The position numbers and the translations under genes are program-made. Of a DNA stretch of 64,000 bases, positions 35,887-45,713 are shown in pieces. Every line of letters starts with the position of its first letter. Position 1 is the first letter of the stretch. Under the pieces are notes generated by a model that was not told the DNA's origin, did no database searches, and worked only from the letters and a program-made list of their open reading frames with translations. The stretch is from positions 928,001-992,000 of the forward strand of contig CAXXGO010000001.1 in NCBI GenBank assembly GCA_963666835.2, written 5' to 3'. This stretch comes from Phycisphaerae bacterium. GTDB lineage: Bacteria > Planctomycetota > Phycisphaerae > UBA1845.

Positions 35887-38800
35887 TCAGCGTTCGCAGC
35901 GCAGCGTTACTATGCCCAATGCGGGGATCTTGATCGGTATCGTTGTGGGGCTCAGGCGGTTGCCGCGCGGACTGCTGAGCCAGATACGATGGCCCTGGGG
36001 TGTTGCCCATTCCAGCGCGGCGAGCTGAGTTTGCTCAGAGGTGTTGAACAGCCGGACCATGAGAGCACTGCCATCCGCAGACGGCTTCAGACGCGAGATA
36101 ATCACCTCGGTCGGCGTGACTCTCACGAGTGGTTCGCAGGGCGGTGCGTGGTTGTCACCGAGTGGCACCGCGATTAGTGGCTGACCGCGCTCAATGCCGA
36201 ATCGTTTCGCCGACGCCGCATCGAATCTACCGTGCGGCCGGAGAGCGTAGCAGATCGTTGCAGGCCCGGGTTGAGCAGCGAGGTAGTTCGTTTCCCAGTA
36301 GTTATTCATTACATAGGAGTAGAGCAGGCCGGCGTCTTCCGCTCGCTCGCGCCAGCCGACCACGGTGGCGTCCGTGGTCAACCCGCCGATCTCGATCAGC
36401 GGGGCGTCCATCGTCGCCAACGTTATTCCGTGGGTGTCGTTCGAGACATCCGCCCAGCGTTGGGCGGTGAAGTAGTTGCGGCACGCACCGGGGAGCTGGT
36501 CAACCTCAGGGCGGACGATGCCCCACGCGAGATCGATTCTGACACTCGGTTGCGGTATGGCAAACGGAAACGCGAAGTACACTGCCTCGGGACTGTATAC
36601 TTGCTGCTTGTCGAGGTGTGCGATCAGATCTACATGTTCGGATGTCGCCGTCAAACGCACCTCGTGCGTCAGGCTATCGCATCCCGGTGCCTTCATCCGG
36701 GTGCGCATAGACGCCACGAGTGGCCCGCGTTCAATCACCTCGACGCTCAGAGCTTCAGCATGCTGTGGCTCATCGGGGTCCCTTCCCGCTACATAAAGAT
36801 AGCCGCCCAATCCGGTCGCAGATCTTGGATCAACAAGTTCCGTACCAGTTCCGCGATCTCTAAGACTTCGTATGGTGCCGGTCTGCGGATCAACCTCCAC
36901 CTCCAGGAAGTCATTGGCCAGCCGCGTGCCCGACGCGCTTACGCTTACGTCACAGTGAGCCGGTCCGACCGAAAGGTCGAAGACTGATGCGGCGAGCGGC
37001 GGTACGTCTTGGACCAGCACCGCGAGTTCTCCGCCTCGCAGCCCCTGCGAGGGTACGGGTGCGCCGTTGCGATCGGTTACGCGGTCTCCAGGCCGTTTCC
37101 ATGTGGTCGGCAGGATTACCACTTCGCTGCGCGGCCATGACGACGTGTTGAAGACGGCAAACCGGTCTGCGCTCTTGTCCATGGGCGCCAAGTCTGCGAC
37201 GGCTCTCTCAAGCAGATCCTGCGACTGTCGCCGGGCATCCGACGCGAACCGGCGTTTGGTTTCCCATTGTTGCCGGGTGAACTCGCTTTCCGGCTCGCTG
37301 ATACTGTTCCAGGAGCCCCAGGTGTGCTCGTTGAAAAGGACCACGTTACGCCACGCGGCATCGAAGGCGTCGGTGGGGAACTCTGTTGGACGCCGCAGCA
37401 TCCAGAGGGTCTCCGCTTGGACCAGCCGTTCGGCCGCCGCACGGTTCAAGGCCGTCTCCCGCGCGGATGAGGCAGCACCGTCTTCCCAGTACGGCGTGAA
37501 GTCTCCTCGGACCGTCGGAATGGAATCGCCATACGCCGACTCCAGGTCCCGGAGCAGTACGTGCGAGGTTGTCAGAACCAGACGCGGAGATGTGTACTTC
37601 TCATTCCACGAGCGCACGAAGTCCGATAGGCCGGGGTCCGGAGGGCCGTTGTCCGCGTTGATGCTGTACCTGAGTTGAACGAAGTCGTATGGATAGTCGT
37701 CCGATTCAAGCTGACTGAGGTAGGTCAGCAAGCGGCGTCCGTCAAAGGGTGATGTCACCTTGCGGTCACCGAAGGACTCGGTTGTGCGGGCGGTGCCCTG
37801 AAACCAGGAGTAGCCTTGTCCGGCCATCCAGCAGAGCACTTTGTGTTGGCCGCACGGTGAGCGCCAGCAGAATGGCCGGTCACCCCAGGCAGCCAGCGTT
37901 CGGCCTATTCTGTGGGCGCGATTGGGGCCGAGCGATAGATACCGCACGCCCGATTGCGCAAGAGCCGGAACAAGCCCCCACGTGTAGCCCGGAATTTCGC
38001 TGATCATTGCCGAGTCGATTGTCAGGCCGTACTTGGAGCGCAGGTCTTCTGCCCAGCGTAGCAGTTCGAACAGCTCTTCAGGGCGACACAGGCCGGTCAA
38101 CACGTTGGCGTAGAGGGCGTCGAGACCGATCGAACCGGCTCGAACGGCCGCCAGAAACGCCTCGCGTTCCTGTTCACTGGCGACTTCCAGGAAGGCCTCG
38201 ACGGCCCACAGGCCCTCGGGGTTCCACCGAAAACGCGCTTCCGGCGAGTAATCCGCGGTCCTGTCGATGAGCTCGATTGCCCGCCGGATGTGTTGGATTT
38301 GGCGTTGGAGGACTTCCGACTGTACGTGGGTGTATCCGATATCCAGGTGGGTGTGGTGCAGAACATAGACCACCCAGGGCCTTACGGGATCGATGGTGGT
38401 CTGCTGCTCTGCCACTACCTTGTCGTCAATCCGCAGCCGGATCGGAACGCGGGTTCTTTCTTTGACCGCCGGAACACGTACGCACACGGTATGGCTTCCC
38501 GTGTGCAGTCTGATCGGGGACTTAACCGAACCGATCTCCACTAAGGCGTCGGTGGTCTCCCCGGAGTGATGATTCACTAGTTCGACCAACTGGGCTTCGC
38601 CCCCGGATTCCTGTCCATGACGCAGTATCGCAGCCAGTTGCCTGACTTGCAGGATCGCGGTCTCGCAACGAGTCGGGGCCAAAGCCAGTTCTTCAGGCCC
38701 CTCGAGCGTGACAGAGTCGTAGACCAACCAACAGCCGCTCGTCGTGGTGATCGTCAGCGCGTTATCGCCGGCCGCGAGGTGCTCAGCCGGAATCGGGATC

Positions 38801-39291
38801 GTCGCGGTGTGGGGTGCGCCTGCTGCGGCGCGTTCTTCCAGCATGTAATGGGATCCGCCGGGCAATTGGTATTCGGTAGCGAACCCGTTGATCGCGACGC
38901 GCATGCGGGGTGGTTCCGGTCGGTTCGCGTCGAGCACCCGCACGACCAACCGGGTACCATCTCGCGCGGGTTTCGAGCGAAGGCCGAAGGTGATGGTGAA
39001 CGTGTGTGGCCGTCCGCCGGCCCAGGTGTCAAGAGGACCCGGATGCACGTGCGGCCAATCATGTTTTGGGTCCGACCGTCCAACGACGTACATCGGCCCA
39101 ACCGGGAACCGGGTCGGGTATTTCACGAAGTCGGCAGCGTCGAGAGCAAGGTCGGCCATGCTGCCGTCCGGCTTTCCGATCGTCCAAAGCGTTTTCTGCT
39201 GCGTATTCATACTCGGCGATGATACCTGGGCCATGCACGCGGGCGTCAGGACGACTCCCAAGCACAGCAAGGCGGGTGTTCCTTTCGTCAT
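35887..39291 (-). CDS. Secreted GH38-like alpha-mannosidase with N-terminal beta-sandwich (PL4 domain III-like) modules
   Basis: Signal peptide; LWTIGKPDGS...WP-x-VHPGP-x-D-x-WAG module; HHTHLDIGY, DNGPP, GDFTPYWEDG, FNEHTWG, VMNNYWETN. Confidence 0.85.
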   Translation of the reverse strand: MTKGTPALLCLGVVLTPACMAQVSSPSMNTQQKTLWTIGKPDGSMADLALDAADFVKYPTRFPVGPMYVVGRSDPKHDWPHVHPGPLDTWAGGRPHTFTITFGLRSKPARDGTRLVVRVLDANRPEPPRMRVAINGFATEYQLPGGSHYMLEERAAAGAPHTATIPIPAEHLAAGDNALTITTTSGCWLVYDSVTLEGPEELALAPTRCETAILQVRQLAAILRHGQESGGEAQLVELVNHHSGETTDALVEIGSVKSPIRLHTGSHTVCVRVPAVKERTRVPIRLRIDDKVVAEQQTTIDPVRPWVVYVLHHTHLDIGYTHVQSEVLQRQIQHIRRAIELIDRTADYSPEARFRWNPEGLWAVEAFLEVASEQEREAFLAAVRAGSIGLDALYANVLTGLCRPEELFELLRWAEDLRSKYGLTIDSAMISEIPGYTWGLVPALAQSGVRYLSLGPNRAHRIGRTLAAWGDRPFCWRSPCGQHKVLCWMAGQGYSWFQGTARTTESFGDRKVTSPFDGRRLLTYLSQLESDDYPYDFVQLRYSINADNGPPDPGLSDFVRSWNEKYTSPRLVLTTSHVLLRDLESAYGDSIPTVRGDFTPYWEDGAASSARETALNRAAAERLVQAETLWMLRRPTEFPTDAFDAAWRNVVLFNEHTWGSWNSISEPESEFTRQQWETKRRFASDARRQSQDLLERAVADLAPMDKSADRFAVFNTSSWPRSEVVILPTTWKRPGDRVTDRNGAPVPSQGLRGGELAVLVQDVPPLAASVFDLSVGPAHCDVSVSASGTRLANDFLEVEVDPQTGTIRSLRDRGTGTELVDPRSATGLGGYLYVAGRDPDEPQHAEALSVEVIERGPLVASMRTRMKAPGCDSLTHEVRLTATSEHVDLIAHLDKQQVYSPEAVYFAFPFAIPQPSVRIDLAWGIVRPEVDQLPGACRNYFTAQRWADVSNDTHGITLATMDAPLIEIGGLTTDATVVGWRERAEDAGLLYSYVMNNYWETNYLAAQPGPATICYALRPHGRFDAASAKRFGIERGQPLIAVPLGDNHAPPCEPLVRVTPTEVIISRLKPSADGSALMVRLFNTSEQTQLAALEWATPQGHRIWLSSPRGNRLSPTTIPIKIPALGIVTLRCER

Positions 39292-39539
39292 TACGAATTC
39301 CCCGCAAGTCAGCGATACACGGCGGATGATTCAGTCCGGTTCCATTGCGTCCGTTTGCATCATAATCGGGCCGGGCCGTTCTTGCACGAGCGTCCGGAGG
39401 ATCCCCTGCCTCAACGCTTGACGTTTCCGATTCAGCCCCCACACTGGCAACTAGGTTGTGACCGCGTGGCGAGGTCCGCCGGGAGAACCAGGAGCGCTGC
39501 CATTCGACGTACCGTTTGCCTCACCGTGAGAGATTGTCC

Positions 39540-41252
39540 GTGCGAATACTCAAGAGAAACCTCGTCATCGTCGTACTGGTCACGTTCTGGTCGGCGCCGG
39601 CAGTTTGCCAACAGGCGGCTTCGCCGGCTGATCCCGGCGCGCCGCGGGCCGCATCTCCGAAGGACGGCGCGGGGGAGAGGACAAACGGCGCGACCCGCGT
39701 GATCTACGCGCTCGACAATCCCGACGCCCCTTCCTCGTTTAAGGCGAACGTGACAGGCGAAGCGGAGCAGAGGAAGGCTGTCCCCAAGATCGCGGACGGC
39801 CGGCTCTATCTCCTCGAGTCGTGGTGGAAGTCCACCGCCTCCATCGCGTTTCCCGCGCCAACCGACACTACGACCCGGGTTGTCGAGGTTTCGTGGAAGT
39901 TGGTCATGAACACTGGAACCGAGGGCGCCGGGTTCGCGTGGCTCAACGTGGAGAAGTATGGCCAGGAAGGCGAAGCGCCCAAGATCGAGGAGTGGGAAGC
40001 CCCGAGCATACCGGCATGTTTGGGTGTCGGCTTCGACGCCTCCGATCCCGCCAATCGTGACCCGTTTCGCGGGTCGGGGAATGCCTACGATCGGCCGCAG
40101 CATGAAGTTTCCCTGCATTGGGACGCAGCGGAGATCGTCAAGCGGACAACAACGATGGACTTCCGCGATGAGACGCCGCACGACGTGCGGGTTCGAGTGG
40201 AGTTCGTCCCCGGTGGAGCGGATGCCAGCGTCTGGATCGACGGGACGGTGATCTTCGATCGTTACTTCATCCCATCGGCCACGGCCTACGTGGGTCGACC
40301 GGCTTTCGGTGCCCGCAACGGTGAGACTGCCGGCGACACGTGGATCGAGGGTTTGAACATCGAGTGCGAGCATCCGATCCCCGCTCCCGAACCGCCGGTA
40401 ACGGTCATGGCGATCGATCACAAGCTCAATGACGCCGAGCACCCCAAGAGCGAGGCCGTTGTCGATTTCCCCGACAATACCGATCGCTTCGCCCGGATCA
40501 TCTGCACTCTGCGGCTGGACAGACCTGAAACGCGTTTCGACCCATGGGATCGGCTGGCGGAGATCAGTGTCTATGATGATGACGGCGAACGGTTTGAGAT
40601 TCTGCGCTATATTACGCCGTATCATCGAGGGCACGAGTGGAAGGTGGATGTGACGGATTACCGACCGCTACTGCGCGGCAAGCGGAGGATCGAGCAGGTT
40701 TGCAGTACGCAAGGCGAGGGTTGGGTCGTGACCGTCGGATTCGACTTCTACCCAGGTACAACCGATCGTCTGGCCTACAAGGTGATCAACCTGTGGTCAG
40801 GAAGTCCGGAGATCGGGAATCCGGATGAGCCGGTCGATGCGTTCTACGCGCCGAAGATCGTGCCACTCGATCAACAAACGGCATCTGCAAAGGTGCGCAC
40901 TGTGGTCACCGGGCATGGGATGTCACCGAACACCGACAACGCCGCCGAGTTCATGTCGATCGGCCGCACACTGACGATCAACGGCCAGTCGTTTCGCAAC
41001 GTGCTTTGGAAGACGGACAACTATCTGAATCCGTGTAGACCGCAGGGTGGGACGTGGAAGTACGACCGTGCCGGATGGGCTCCTGGTGATGTGGTCAGAC
41101 CTTGGGAGGTCGACGTAACGTCTCTGATTGGAACCGGCCGCGTCCTGAACATCGGGTACAAGCTCGATCCCTATGTAAACGAAGCTCGTGGTCAGACATG
41201 GGCACCGTTCCACAAGACCGAGTCTCAAGTAATCCTATATCATAAGCCGTGA
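39540..41252 (+). CDS. Secreted peptide-N-glycosidase F-like enzyme with an N-terminal ConA/lectin-like domain
   Basis: Signal peptide; DPWDR, FEILRYITPY, VTGHG...AAEF and NPCRPQGGTWKYDRAGWAPG match PNGase F motifs. The N-terminal region has GVGFD...HEVSLHWD lectin-like strands. Confidence 0.85.
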   Translation: MRILKRNLVIVVLVTFWSAPAVCQQAASPADPGAPRAASPKDGAGERTNGATRVIYALDNPDAPSSFKANVTGEAEQRKAVPKIADGRLYLLESWWKSTASIAFPAPTDTTTRVVEVSWKLVMNTGTEGAGFAWLNVEKYGQEGEAPKIEEWEAPSIPACLGVGFDASDPANRDPFRGSGNAYDRPQHEVSLHWDAAEIVKRTTTMDFRDETPHDVRVRVEFVPGGADASVWIDGTVIFDRYFIPSATAYVGRPAFGARNGETAGDTWIEGLNIECEHPIPAPEPPVTVMAIDHKLNDAEHPKSEAVVDFPDNTDRFARIICTLRLDRPETRFDPWDRLAEISVYDDDGERFEILRYITPYHRGHEWKVDVTDYRPLLRGKRRIEQVCSTQGEGWVVTVGFDFYPGTTDRLAYKVINLWSGSPEIGNPDEPVDAFYAPKIVPLDQQTASAKVRTVVTGHGMSPNTDNAAEFMSIGRTLTINGQSFRNVLWKTDNYLNPCRPQGGTWKYDRAGWAPGDVVRPWEVDVTSLIGTGRVLNIGYKLDPYVNEARGQTWAPFHKTESQVILYHKP

Positions 41253-41286
41253 ACGAGCATCCGCCGGCCCGCATGAGAACCAGTTT

Positions 41287-42246
41287 ATGAAACGAAGTCC
41301 CGCCAACCCGATCATCACGCGAGCGGATATTCCGGATGTTCCACCACGAATAATCGACGTAACCTCGGTTTTCAATCCGGGGGCCGTTCGCATGGGGGAT
41401 CGTGACATGCTCCTGCTGCGCGTGCAGACCCGCGGCCGTGAGACTGTTTTGATGGTTGCCGAGAGTACCGACGGTGAGCGTTTCTCCGTCCGGCCGCAGG
41501 AGGTTCGTTTCCCTGGAGTCGAGGCGCTGGGCCAGACCGTGTATCACGTTTACGATCCCCGGCTGACCCGGATCGACGACACCGTGTATATCGTATTCGC
41601 GGCGGATACCGACCAGGGTTGCCGCCTTGGCGTAGCGCGCACTGAGGACTTTCATCGCTTCGAATTGGTTGGCTTCGGCGGCGAGAGCGACACGCGCAAC
41701 GGAGTGTTGTTTCCGGAACGGTTCAACGATCACTTCCTGCGACTGGAGCGCCCGAACATTACGCGACTCGCCGGAGGCGTAACGACCGGCACGGAGATTA
41801 CCCTGTCAGAGTCAAATGACCTAGTGAATTGGCGTCCGCGCGGCCCGATCATGGCGGGTCGGCCACACTATTGGGATGAGTTGATCGGCTCCGGGCCGCC
41901 GCCGGTGAAGACGCGCTCCGGATGGCTGCATATCTACCACGGAATCGCCACTCACTTCGCCAGTGTCAACGTCTATCAGGCCGGGGTGGTGCTGCTCGAT
42001 CTCGCGGATCCACGGCGGGTGCTGGCACGCGGTCGCGACAACATCCTCGAGCCGCGTGAACCATACGAGTTGACGGGGCAAGTGCCCAACGTGGTCTTCC
42101 CCAGCGGCATGATCGTTGACGAGTATGATGATGAAGGATTTGCTTTGGCTGACAGCCCGGTACGCGTCTACTATGGAGCGGCCGATACGGTCGTTGCGTT
42201 GGCGACTACTACAATCCAAGACCTCCTCGATGAGTGCGAACGCTGA
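41287..42246 (+). CDS. GH130 beta-mannoside phosphorylase/hydrolase (cytoplasmic)
   Basis: VFNPGAV, VYDPRLT, RNGVLFPE, WLHIYHG, EPYELTGQVPNVVFPSG, YYGAADT; no signal peptide. Confidence 0.92.
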   Translation: MKRSPANPIITRADIPDVPPRIIDVTSVFNPGAVRMGDRDMLLLRVQTRGRETVLMVAESTDGERFSVRPQEVRFPGVEALGQTVYHVYDPRLTRIDDTVYIVFAADTDQGCRLGVARTEDFHRFELVGFGGESDTRNGVLFPERFNDHFLRLERPNITRLAGGVTTGTEITLSESNDLVNWRPRGPIMAGRPHYWDELIGSGPPPVKTRSGWLHIYHGIATHFASVNVYQAGVVLLDLADPRRVLARGRDNILEPREPYELTGQVPNVVFPSGMIVDEYDDEGFALADSPVRVYYGAADTVVALATTTIQDLLDECER

Positions 42247-43093
42247 CAGGTTGGGTCTTTTTCAGGAGAATACCGTGTGGAAGCTGGTGCTGGCTGGAGC
42301 CGTTGTCGTGGTGGTGGTGGGGTGTGCCTCATGCTCCATGACGAAGAAACCTCTGACGACCGTGGCAAGCCCCGGTGATCCCCGGCATTACAGTTGCCGC
42401 CGCGCGACGAGTGCTGTTGTCATCGATGGCCGGATGGATGAACAGGCCTGGGCTGATGCTCTGTGGACCGATTTCTTTGTCGACATCGAGGGAGTGGCCA
42501 AGCCGCGGCCGCGCTTCGCGACGCGGGCGAAGATGTTGTGGGACGACCGGTACTTCTACATCGGCGCGAGCCTGGAAGAGCCTCACGTTTGGGGCACGCT
42601 CAAGCAGCATGACCAGATCGTGTTTCATGACAATGACTTCGAGGTCTTCATCGACCCTGACGGCGACACGCGTGAGTACTACGAGATCGAAGTCAACCCG
42701 CTCAACACCGTCTTCGACCTGTTCCTGGAACGCACTTATCTCGACGGCGGGCCGGCACATCACGAGTGGAATCTGAAAGGACTGAAGACTGCGGTGCATG
42801 TTGACGGCACGCTGAACGACCCGTCGGACCGCGATCGTGGATGGTCCATAGAATTGGCGCTGCCGTGGCGTGCGCTGGCGGAGTACGCACACAAAGCCGC
42901 GCCGCCGCGCCCCGGCGACGTCTGGCGGGTTAACTACTCGCGCGTGGAGTGGCAACACCGGGTCGTCGACGGGCGTTACGAAAAAGTGCCCGACACGCCC
43001 GAGGATAACTGGGTCTGGTCCCCGCAGGGCCAGATTAATATGCACATCCCCGAGCGGTGGGGGTATGTCGTGTTCCTGTCAGCGGCGGAGTGA
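42230..43093 (+). CDS. CBM9-like sugar-binding lipoprotein
   Basis: Hydrophobic stretch ending VVGC (lipobox); IDGRMDEQAW, MLWDDRYFY, DNDFEVFIDP, YYEIEVN, WRVNYSRVEW, NWVWSPQG. Confidence 0.85.
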   Translation: MSANADRLGLFQENTVWKLVLAGAVVVVVVGCASCSMTKKPLTTVASPGDPRHYSCRRATSAVVIDGRMDEQAWADALWTDFFVDIEGVAKPRPRFATRAKMLWDDRYFYIGASLEEPHVWGTLKQHDQIVFHDNDFEVFIDPDGDTREYYEIEVNPLNTVFDLFLERTYLDGGPAHHEWNLKGLKTAVHVDGTLNDPSDRDRGWSIELALPWRALAEYAHKAAPPRPGDVWRVNYSRVEWQHRVVDGRYEKVPDTPEDNWVWSPQGQINMHIPERWGYVVFLSAAE

Positions 43094-43130
43094 ATCGCCG
43101 GACACAAAAGACGCGGCGCCGGGAGTGAAC

Positions 43131-45095
43131 ATGCACCTGGTCGACTGGGGAATCGTTGCTGCCCTGATGATCGTCTTGATTTGGGGGGCCGCCGGCACCG
43201 TGCGATACACCCGCAGCGTGTCCGCTTTCCTGGCCGCCGAGCGTTGCGGCGGGCGCTACCTCATCGCGATGGCCGACCAGATGTCGCAACTGGGCCTGAT
43301 CACTCTGGTGTGGTACTTCGAGCAGAACTATCAGGTCGGCTACACCTCCATCTGGTGGTCGCTACTGGAGGGGCCGGCCATGATCGTGATGGCCCTGTCC
43401 GGCTGGGTCATCTACCGATTTCGCCAGACTCGAGCCCTGACGCTGGCGCAGTTCTTCGAAATGCGCTACAGTCGCAGGTTCCGCGTGTTCGCGGGCCTGG
43501 TGGCGTACGTGGCGGGCATTATCAACTTCGCCATCTTCCCGTCTGTGGGAGCCCGGTTCTTCATGGCTTTGTGTGGCCTGCCTGACAGCTTCATGTTGGC
43601 GGGTTTCGAGATCGCCACGTATCCGCTGCTGATGGTACTGTTACTGTCAACCTCGCTGGCGTTCCTGTTCGCAGGCGGCCAGATCGCCGTCATGGTGACC
43701 GACTTTCTGCAGGGCGTCTTCTGTAACGTCGCCTTCATCGTTATCATTCTGTTTCTGCTCGCCACGTTCAGTTGGGACCAGATTTCCGATGTAATGCTCA
43801 CGGTGCCGGCGGGGCGGTCCATGGTCGACCCATTGGATCTGGGCAAGGAGATGCACTTCGATTTCTGGTACTATGCCATCGGCGTGGTCATCCTCTTTTA
43901 CTGTGCCAAGGGTTGGCAGGGAACCCAGGGCTACAACTGTTCGGCCATAAACGCCCATGAAGCCAAAATGGCGGGCATCCTCGGTCCTTGGCGGTTTCGC
44001 GTGTTGATGCTCATCGTTGTGGTTCTGCCTGTCTGCGTGCGCACCTTGATGCACCATCCGGACTTCGCGGCCCAGGCCGCGGTCGTGAACCGATCACTCG
44101 ACGCGATCGACGCCCTATCATCCGAAGTGAAGGGGACGCTGCAAAACCAACTGCGCACACCACTGGCCATGAGCGTGATGCTGCCCACCGGTCTGCTCGG
44201 ACTGGCCTGCGCGGCCATGCTGGGCGCATTCATAAGCACGCACGACACGTATCTGCATTCCTGGGGAACGATCCTGGTTCAAGACGTGATTCTACCTCTT
44301 CGCAAGAAGCCGTTTTCGCCTCGGTGGCATCTCTGGCTGCTGCGGCTTTCTATCCTGGGTGTGGCGGTCTTCATCTTCTTCGTCAGCCTGTTGTTCCAGC
44401 ACACGCAGTACATTGCCATGTTCTTCGCGTTAACGGCCTCCGTCTTTGTCGGCGGGGCCGGGGCGGTGATCGTCGGCGGGCTCTACTGGAAGCGGGGCAC
44501 TACACCGGCGGCCTGGGCGGCGATGATTACTGGAATGGTGGCATCGCTGATTGGCATCAGGATCAAGCAAGTCGAACCGGAGTTCTTCCTGACCGGTCAG
44601 GAAATGAGCTTCCTGGCGATTGTCTTGGCCGTCGGAGTGTACGTGGCCGTGTCACTGCTTGGCCCCCGGGCGACACACAACATGGACCGCCTGTTGCACC
44701 GCGGAAAGTACGCAATCCCGGGGGAATCCACCGCCACGTGGAAGGATGCCCGCACTTTTTGGGAGAAGCTCGGCTTCAGCAGGGATTTCACCGGCGGTGA
44801 CCGCGCCATCGCGTATGTGACATTGATCTGGCCCTTGGCATGGACCATCATCTTCGTCATTGTCACCATCTACGGCATGACCGCCGGAATCTCAAAAGAG
44901 GCTTGGCTGGGGTATTGGCATGGTTGGACCTGGTTCGTCGTGGGCTGTGCCATCCTCGTGACTGCATGGTTCACCATCGGCGGGGTCTTCGATATGAAGT
45001 ATCTGTTCCGTCAACTGCGCAGCCGCGCCGCCGATCCATCCGACGACGGCCGCGTCGAGACGAAGGATCCCGTAGTAAACGAAGAGCTGCAGTGA
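43131..45095 (+). CDS. Sodium:solute symporter (SSS family) 1
   Basis: DWGIV...FLAAERCGGRYL, RFRQTRALTLAQFFEMRYS, AVMVTDFLQG, GGLYWKRGT; many TM helices. Confidence 0.92.
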   Translation: MHLVDWGIVAALMIVLIWGAAGTVRYTRSVSAFLAAERCGGRYLIAMADQMSQLGLITLVWYFEQNYQVGYTSIWWSLLEGPAMIVMALSGWVIYRFRQTRALTLAQFFEMRYSRRFRVFAGLVAYVAGIINFAIFPSVGARFFMALCGLPDSFMLAGFEIATYPLLMVLLLSTSLAFLFAGGQIAVMVTDFLQGVFCNVAFIVIILFLLATFSWDQISDVMLTVPAGRSMVDPLDLGKEMHFDFWYYAIGVVILFYCAKGWQGTQGYNCSAINAHEAKMAGILGPWRFRVLMLIVVVLPVCVRTLMHHPDFAAQAAVVNRSLDAIDALSSEVKGTLQNQLRTPLAMSVMLPTGLLGLACAAMLGAFISTHDTYLHSWGTILVQDVILPLRKKPFSPRWHLWLLRLSILGVAVFIFFVSLLFQHTQYIAMFFALTASVFVGGAGAVIVGGLYWKRGTTPAAWAAMITGMVASLIGIRIKQVEPEFFLTGQEMSFLAIVLAVGVYVAVSLLGPRATHNMDRLLHRGKYAIPGESTATWKDARTFWEKLGFSRDFTGGDRAIAYVTLIWPLAWTIIFVIVTIYGMTAGISKEAWLGYWHGWTWFVVGCAILVTAWFTIGGVFDMKYLFRQLRSRAADPSDDGRVETKDPVVNEELQ

Positions 45096-45139
45096 CGCAT
45101 TCACTAGCCTTGTCAGGCTGCCATGCGGGTAACCGTCCC

Positions 45140-45612
45140 GAAGGGACGTAGGCAAGTAGCCGCGGGTGGAGCGCCTCGTTGTTCTACACATCTTTGCTGG
45201 GCGAGCGAAGCGTATCCGTCCGACTCCGCGGTGTCCCGATCCCCAGCCTGAAAGGCCGCAAGGCGCGGCTTCCTTTTCAGCGAAAGGCGTCAAGCCGGCT
45301 GGGTGTTCAGGCTGAAAGCCCACAAGACAATAGCCGGGGGCAAGGCCGCGCAGCGGGTGCCGCCCCCGGATGGGGTCCCAACAATCCCAATCACCCTGAC
45401 AGGGTGAAAGAGACGGCGGCGGCGAACCGCGAGTTTGTTTCGCCTGCCTGGCCTTATCGAGAATGCGTCGAAAGACAGTGGCGAAGCACATTCACCGGAG
45501 CTGTTTGACCCTTTGCAGGGTCAGACAGGCTGTGGGGAGACCGGGTCCGGGGGCGGCGGCCGCTACGCGGCCTTGCCCCCGGCTACTTCATCTGAGCCCT
45601 TCGGGCTGGGGG
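45140..45612. repeat. REP/REPIN-like palindromic element forming a long inverted repeat between convergent genes
   Basis: 45331-45370 and 45546-45585 are inverted at 37/40. Short hairpins CGTCCCGAAGGGACG, AGCCTGAAAGGC, GGCTGAAAGCC, CACCCTGACAGGGTG, GACCCTTTGCAGGGTC and AGCCCTTCGGGCT surround them. Confidence 0.8.
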
Positions 45613-45713
45613 ACGGAGTGCCCCTGGCGTACTCGGCCGGGACGCGGTCCACAGATCAGAGAGCACTCTCTCGCCTCGTCTGCCAAGGTTAGTACCATTG
45701 GGCAGAGCCCAAC

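Noticed and set aside
39432..40634. 400-aa minus-strand ORF
   Set aside because: Antisense shadow of the PNGase F-like gene, with no motifs of its own. Long shadow ORFs are expected at high GC.
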